Assembly (NCBI GenBank): GCA_964016885.1
Contig: OZ024741.1
Location: 280,612,001 to 280,676,000 of the forward strand
Direction: 5' to 3'
Length of the DNA: 64,000 nucleotides
Origin: Eledone cirrhosa
Taxonomy: Eukaryota
Shown: in pieces, positions 60,232 through 64,000 of the stretch
Layout: the number at the start of each line of letters is the position of its first letter
Numbering within the stretch: the stretch's first letter is position 1
Program-made: the position numbers and the translations under genes
Notes under the pieces: model-generated
Seen by the model: the letters and a program-made list of their open reading frames with translations, nothing else
What the model was told of the DNA's origin: nothing
The model's database searches: none

Positions 60232-62572
60232 TTGACATTCCTTTAGTGTGACAAAACCAACAAATAATATGGAATATCTGATATTATTTCTTGTATATTA
60301 TTCCAGGTGTTATATATGTCAAATAATTTGGTGAGTGACTGGGGTGAATTTCATAAACTGGTAAGTAAATACAATTAACATAATTTATATCAAGAATTTC
60401 ATTCTTTCCAGGTCCATGAAAAATCTACTAGTCTACTGCTTGGGTTGATTATTCCCCTTTATCTCTATCTCATTTTCTTTGCATCTCTCTCTTCTTCCTT
60501 CTCTGAAATAAATAGGTTGTTTTCAGACCTGGAAAGGGGATGGGCTTCGCTTCAGCAGGTTTAAAATGCCCAATACAGAAGAAGCACCTTCTCATGCATG
60601 TGTATCAGCCCTTAATTTCTTACGCTCTAAGGGAACCGGGCCACACCCAGGTTATGACTCCTGGGTACCCTTATATTGACACCTTTTAACCACTTGGATA
60701 TCAGAGACTTGTACATTTCAACCTTATGGGGATTCTGTTCCTCCTTGACAAGATTTATCTGGAACTTATCTCTGTTGCCTTTTATATATTGTTGTATATT
60801 TGATTATTTTGGTGTCTAATATATCATCATTGTTTATTTGTATTTCAGGCTGATTTACCATTACTTGAAGATCTTGTGTTTGTAGGTAGGTTACATATAC
60901 TCTTCTTCTTCCTCATCATCACCACCATCACTGCAACAAAAAAAGAAGAATCCATGCCAGAGAACTGACTGCAATATCAGCCATTAAAATGAACACATTA
61001 TCAACAGATTATGTTTAGATGGTGCAGCTTTGAAATTCTCATAAGTGGAGAATATTTTTATGCAGCTTTAATATTTTGATATTTTAAATATTTTAAAGTG
61101 TCATTTAGGTTATAGCTTTTGTTTCACAACTCCATTACATAATGATTTTTTGACCATATCATCTATTTTATAAAGTTTTTAAAAGGTTTTTCTTAAACAT
61201 ACTGATTTAATGGAACACATGGCATTCCTTCAAAGGGTTTTTGGAGTAACGTTACTCAATTGAGTACATAGCTTGGCAATCAAAGAATCAATCTCCAATT
61301 CAGAGATCACAGCTCCTATACTAAGGGCATGTGGTTAGAATGTTTCAGGAAAGAATCGCTGGACTGATTTTACGGGCAAAGCCAACTGGCAGGAGACCCC
61401 AAGCAAGATGGTTGGATAACATCCATGAGTTCATCTGGTCTCACTTGGGGATCCAGCTGGATGAATTGGAGACAATTGCTTCTGACAGGACCTGCTGGAT
61501 GGTGTACTTGAGAACTCTGCCCCTACGACTCTCCCAGGAATAAGTGGGTAAAGAATGTTTTTATATAAAATTATGTTGGAGAGTTTTAATTAAAATTGCA
61601 ACTCTTTAAATTGGCTGTTTTTTTTCTTCATAGAATCAGTGGTAGGTTTAGATGGGTTGGTATCAAAGACGTTAAGTACCTTAATCTTAATTCTATTAGG
61701 TTGCTCCGAAAATAATGGCCGCTCTAAGTGTTGTGTTTTGAAACGCAATTTTATCATAGTATTTTAATTATATTTTAGGTGAATTTCGACATACTTAATA
61801 ATTGATGTATGCTCTTTAATAATTTTCTACTTATTTCAGACAGAAAACATTCTTGAAGCATAGGCGCCCTTAATTCTGAACATGATAAAAAAGGAACTTC
61901 GCTTACTTTTCTTGCTTGGGCACAATGCCTCCCAAACAGCTGCCAATATCAACAGAGCATGGGGAAAGGGTTCCACAAGTCATTGCACAGTACGAAGGTG
62001 GTTTCAGAAATTCCATAGTGGTGATGAGAGCCTTGAAGATGAAGAAGGTAGAGGATGGTCATGCAGTCTTGACAATGAACAATTGAGAGTAATTGTTGAA
62101 CAAAACCCACGTCAAAGTGTCAGAGAAATGTCTCAGGCACTTGGTGTCGGTATTGCAATGGTCTCACGCCATCTGCAGAAGATTGGTAAGGTGAAAAAGC
62201 TCGATAAATGGGTACCACATGAGCTCAATGAACATCAAAAAGTTTGGCGTTTTGAAGTGTGCTCGATGCTCTTTCTGCGAAACACCAATGATCCTTTTCT
62301 TGACCGAATACTCATACTTTGACTAATCAAAACATTTCTGTTGTTAAGTTTTCCAGAATAAAATTGTTTCTGAAATCGGCCATTATTTTCGGAACAACCT
62401 AATAACTTTATGTAAACAAATACATACATATATATATACACACACACATTATTACTATGTTTCAAAATGTTTAATATCTTTTCAGGAAATCCTCTTGAAG
62501 AACAGAATTCAACTGCAGGAGACTGGAGAGAATTGGTGGCTAAAAAACTACCAAAAATTAAGAAACTTGATG
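44155..62572 (+). CDS. DNAL1: Dynein axonemal light chain 1 (LC1, leucine-rich repeat), 3'-incomplete multi-exon gene
   Basis: Exons 44155-44157, 46278-46319, 47557-47669, 49465-49520, 55775-55830, 57148-57237, 60307-60360, 60849-60885 and 62486-62572 splice in phase. Product: [15 protein letters not shown]...[34 protein letters not shown]...[22 protein letters not shown]...[14 protein letters not shown]...[13 protein letters not shown]...KKLDG, which is the DNAL1/LC1 signature. The last exon lies beyond the window. Confidence 0.96.
46278..46319 (+). CDS. DNAL1: DNAL1 exon
   Basis: aacag|[14 protein letters not shown]|gtaagt. Confidence 0.88.
46624..46967. repeat. 57-bp minisatellite, about 6 copies
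   Basis: Unit GTGGAAACACCAACATTCTCTGGTGTAATGTGGAATTAAGTTGTACATGTCATCTTA. Confidence 0.95.
47557..47669 (+). CDS. DNAL1: DNAL1 exon
   Basis: tttcag|[38 protein letters not shown]|gtgagt. Confidence 0.9.
48030..48290. repeat. Degenerate (CAT/CAC)n trinucleotide tract
   Basis: Low-complexity ATC-rich sequence. Confidence 0.85.
49465..49520 (+). CDS. DNAL1: DNAL1 exon
   Basis: tatag|[18 protein letters not shown]|gtaagt. Confidence 0.95.
50890..51450 (-). mobile_element. Tc1/mariner-superfamily transposon 5' half (TIR plus DNA-binding domain)
   Basis: TA|CAGGGTGGGGCATAATTCC terminus; open 137-aa ORF with [13 protein letters not shown] and [12 protein letters not shown]; truncated before the DDE domain. 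Confidence 0.85.
51461..52264. mobile_element. Fold-back element with ~270-330 bp inverted arms
   Basis: 51461-51725 matches the reverse complement of 51985-52264; ORFs 51494(+) and 51996(-) give near-identical peptides. Confidence 0.88.
53385..54613 (-). mobile_element. Internally deleted Helitron (5' end, RepHel N-terminus fused to helicase C-terminus)
   Basis: 5' A|TCTATAC..ATAAAA at 54613; [25 protein letters not shown]-terminal-like segment; Pif1-helicase motifs [10 protein letters not shown] and [13 protein letters not shown]. The 3' boundary is approximate. Confidence 0.82.
55775..55830 (+). CDS. DNAL1: DNAL1 exon
   Basis: ttccag|[19 protein letters not shown]|gtgagt. Confidence 0.95.
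57148..57237 (+). CDS. DNAL1: DNAL1 exon
   Basis: ctcaag|[30 protein letters not shown]|gtgagt (AAG acceptor). Confidence 0.95.
57763..58117. mobile_element. Tigger/pogo-like MITE
   Basis: TA|CAGT...ACTG|TA ends with internal ATTCGCGG-like subterminal repeats. Confidence 0.6.
58812..58980. mobile_element. Small pogo-like MITE
   Basis: GTAAAATTCCATTATAACAAA / TTTGTTATAACGGAATTTCAC inverted ends embedded in TA repeats. Confidence 0.55.
59045..60179. repeat. Compound duplication: 154-bp direct repeat plus 94-bp inverted repeat
   Basis: 59045-59198 is near-identical to 59840-59994; 59749-59842 is the reverse complement of 60086-60179 (1 mismatch). Confidence 0.92.
60062..60140 (+). ncRNA. Type I hammerhead-ribozyme-like motif
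   Basis: CTGATGA (60078-84); stem II AGGCATACCA/TGGTATCCCT; GAAA (60115-18); short quasi-palindromic stem III ATATGTAT; candidate AUA cleavage site; stem I TATTTTGT/ATGAAATA. Confidence 0.5.
60307..60360 (+). CDS. DNAL1: DNAL1 exon
   Basis: ttccag|[18 protein letters not shown]|gtaagt. Confidence 0.94.
60849..60885 (+). CDS. DNAL1: DNAL1 exon
   Basis: tttcag|[13 protein letters not shown]|gtaggt, ends phase 1. Confidence 0.93.
61270..61550 (+). mobile_element. RTE-like LINE 3' fragment (dispersed family)
   Basis: [21 protein letters not shown]; reverse copies at ~8360-8520, 12520-12860 and 25155-25480. Confidence 0.7.
61696..62402 (+). mobile_element. Internally deleted mariner (707 bp) with intact TIRs and N-terminal ORF
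   Basis: TA|TTAGGTTGCTCCGAAAATAATGGCCG ... CGGCCATTATTTTCGGAACAACCTAA|TA (1 mismatch); 146-aa ORF with TVRRWFQKF and KWVPHEL, but no DD34D domain. Confidence 0.92.
62486..62572 (+). CDS. DNAL1: DNAL1 exon
   Basis: tttcag|[29 protein letters not shown]|gtttgt. Confidence 0.93.
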
Positions 62573-64000
62573 GTTTGTGTTGTTTATGTCTTCAAAATTT
62601 TTGAAATCCTTTGCTTGTTAACCTTGCTGTGATGAAGAACAGAGAGTAAGGAGTAAACTCACTGATAAGTTAAACCTACAAAGGGGTTCATATTGCTCCA
62701 CTTTCAACTGTAATGCCTTTGGAAAAAATGTCACATACTTATCACTGAAAATATAAGGAGTTTATCTGCCTTCTTTACCATATTCTAAAACTGGGACAGG
62801 AAAAGAAAAAATTGTGGATTCCACTAAAGACACTCAAGGGTGGGATAGTGGTGGTGGTGGTGGTAGTGTTAAACTGGTTTGCATATATAACTTCTCTCCT
62901 TCTTTGTCTGTAAGGTTTACTATTACACTATTTAGTTTTCTCTCTTCTCATTCTGGATTGAAATCCCATAAATATCAACTTTGCCTTTTATCTTTTTAGC
63001 TTAGATAAATCATGATAAAATGCTCCCTGCCACAATAAATTGCTTCTGGTGCACACTGTAAAGTACAAATGAAAATACCAGCTATTATCAGCTCACAGCT
63101 CTAGGGTTCAAATCAATTGAAAGTATTCCATAGTGTACTTAAGCAGAATATTTAATTCTACATCTACATCCTTCAGTTCAACAATTTATCGAAAACATTT
63201 ACATTAGTTGAGGATGTTCTATGTGCTGTACTAACATTCTAACCAAATGGAAATTCATAAACAATCCACTTAACCCATTTGATACCAAAACTTGTATCTG
63301 CTTCTATGAAACAAAACAGCCCATTTTAAAGGGCTCCTACTTTAATTAAAACTTTGCAACAAAATTTTATATAAGATCATTTTATTATGTTACAAATATC
63401 ATTTTAATGAAATTATGGTTGTAGTAAATCCTTCCTAAATTCTTAATTAATTAATTAAAATACAAAGTATTTCATTAGAAATACAGTAATGAAAGGGTTG
63501 ATTTCATGAAACCACAATCAAACCAATTGAGGAGTCTCAAGGCAGTCACTTGACTTACTAGGAATAACAGACTAATCTCTCTGAAATCACACTCTTCCAT
63601 CATAAAAAGGTAAAGGACACATTAGGTAATATAGTCCTACATGCCATTAAAAGGACAGGATGTTCACGGCTGGGATGCCTTTCATCACAGGTTGTCTGCT
63701 CCATAAGGGTAGGCTTGACTGTAAACAACAGCAATAAGCTGAAGCCATCTTTAGTTTTAAATTCAATACCCTGTCTAGTATTGTGTTCCTAGCAAATGTT
63801 TGCACACATTCAGTTGAGCTCATCATTATTTAACATCCATCTTCTCTGCTAGCAAGTGTTGAACAGGTTTTCACAGACCAAGTCAGTATTCATGTAGAGC
63901 TACAGACCTCTCTAATGGGCCAGGGCCTACATCTCGCTTACATATGTTCCCATACTCTACTGAGTGCATTTTATCATGGCATCAGCACAAGGGAGTTTTT

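Noticed and set aside
61831-62322. SETMAR-like DNAL1-mariner fusion by exonisation
   Set aside because: Splicing to the good acceptor at 61839 hits a stop from either upstream exon phase. The only in-frame AG (61863) lacks a pyrimidine tract and would need exon 8 skipping.

Overview
This is AT-rich, intron-dense animal DNA. The SINE and microsatellite landscape suggests a cephalopod such as Octopus, which is an inference. Two host genes lie on the + strand. (1) The 3' part of exocyst subunit EXOC6/Sec15 has 18 GT-AG exons between 3 and 27226 that splice in phase to 567 aa plus stop. (2) Axonemal dynein light chain DNAL1 has 9 exons between 44155 and 62572, with the last exon beyond the window; a canonical RFX X-box sits just upstream of its ATG-only first coding exon. 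Introns and the intergenic region are full of mobile DNA: a head-to-head pair of RTE-type LINEs with a PHD-like finger, young CR1/L2-group LINE fragments with doubled 3' ends, tRNA-derived SINEs, Penelope-like remnants, Helitrons, Tc1/mariner elements, several MITEs and minisatellites. The best leads are a hammerhead-ribozyme-like motif on the sense strand of a DNAL1 intron inside a direct-plus-inverted duplication, several long intronic fold-backs that could be A-to-I editing substrates, a deleted mariner keeping only its DNA-binding ORF, and an NPF/proline-rich motif in Sec15. All alignments and folds were done by eye and no database searches were run.
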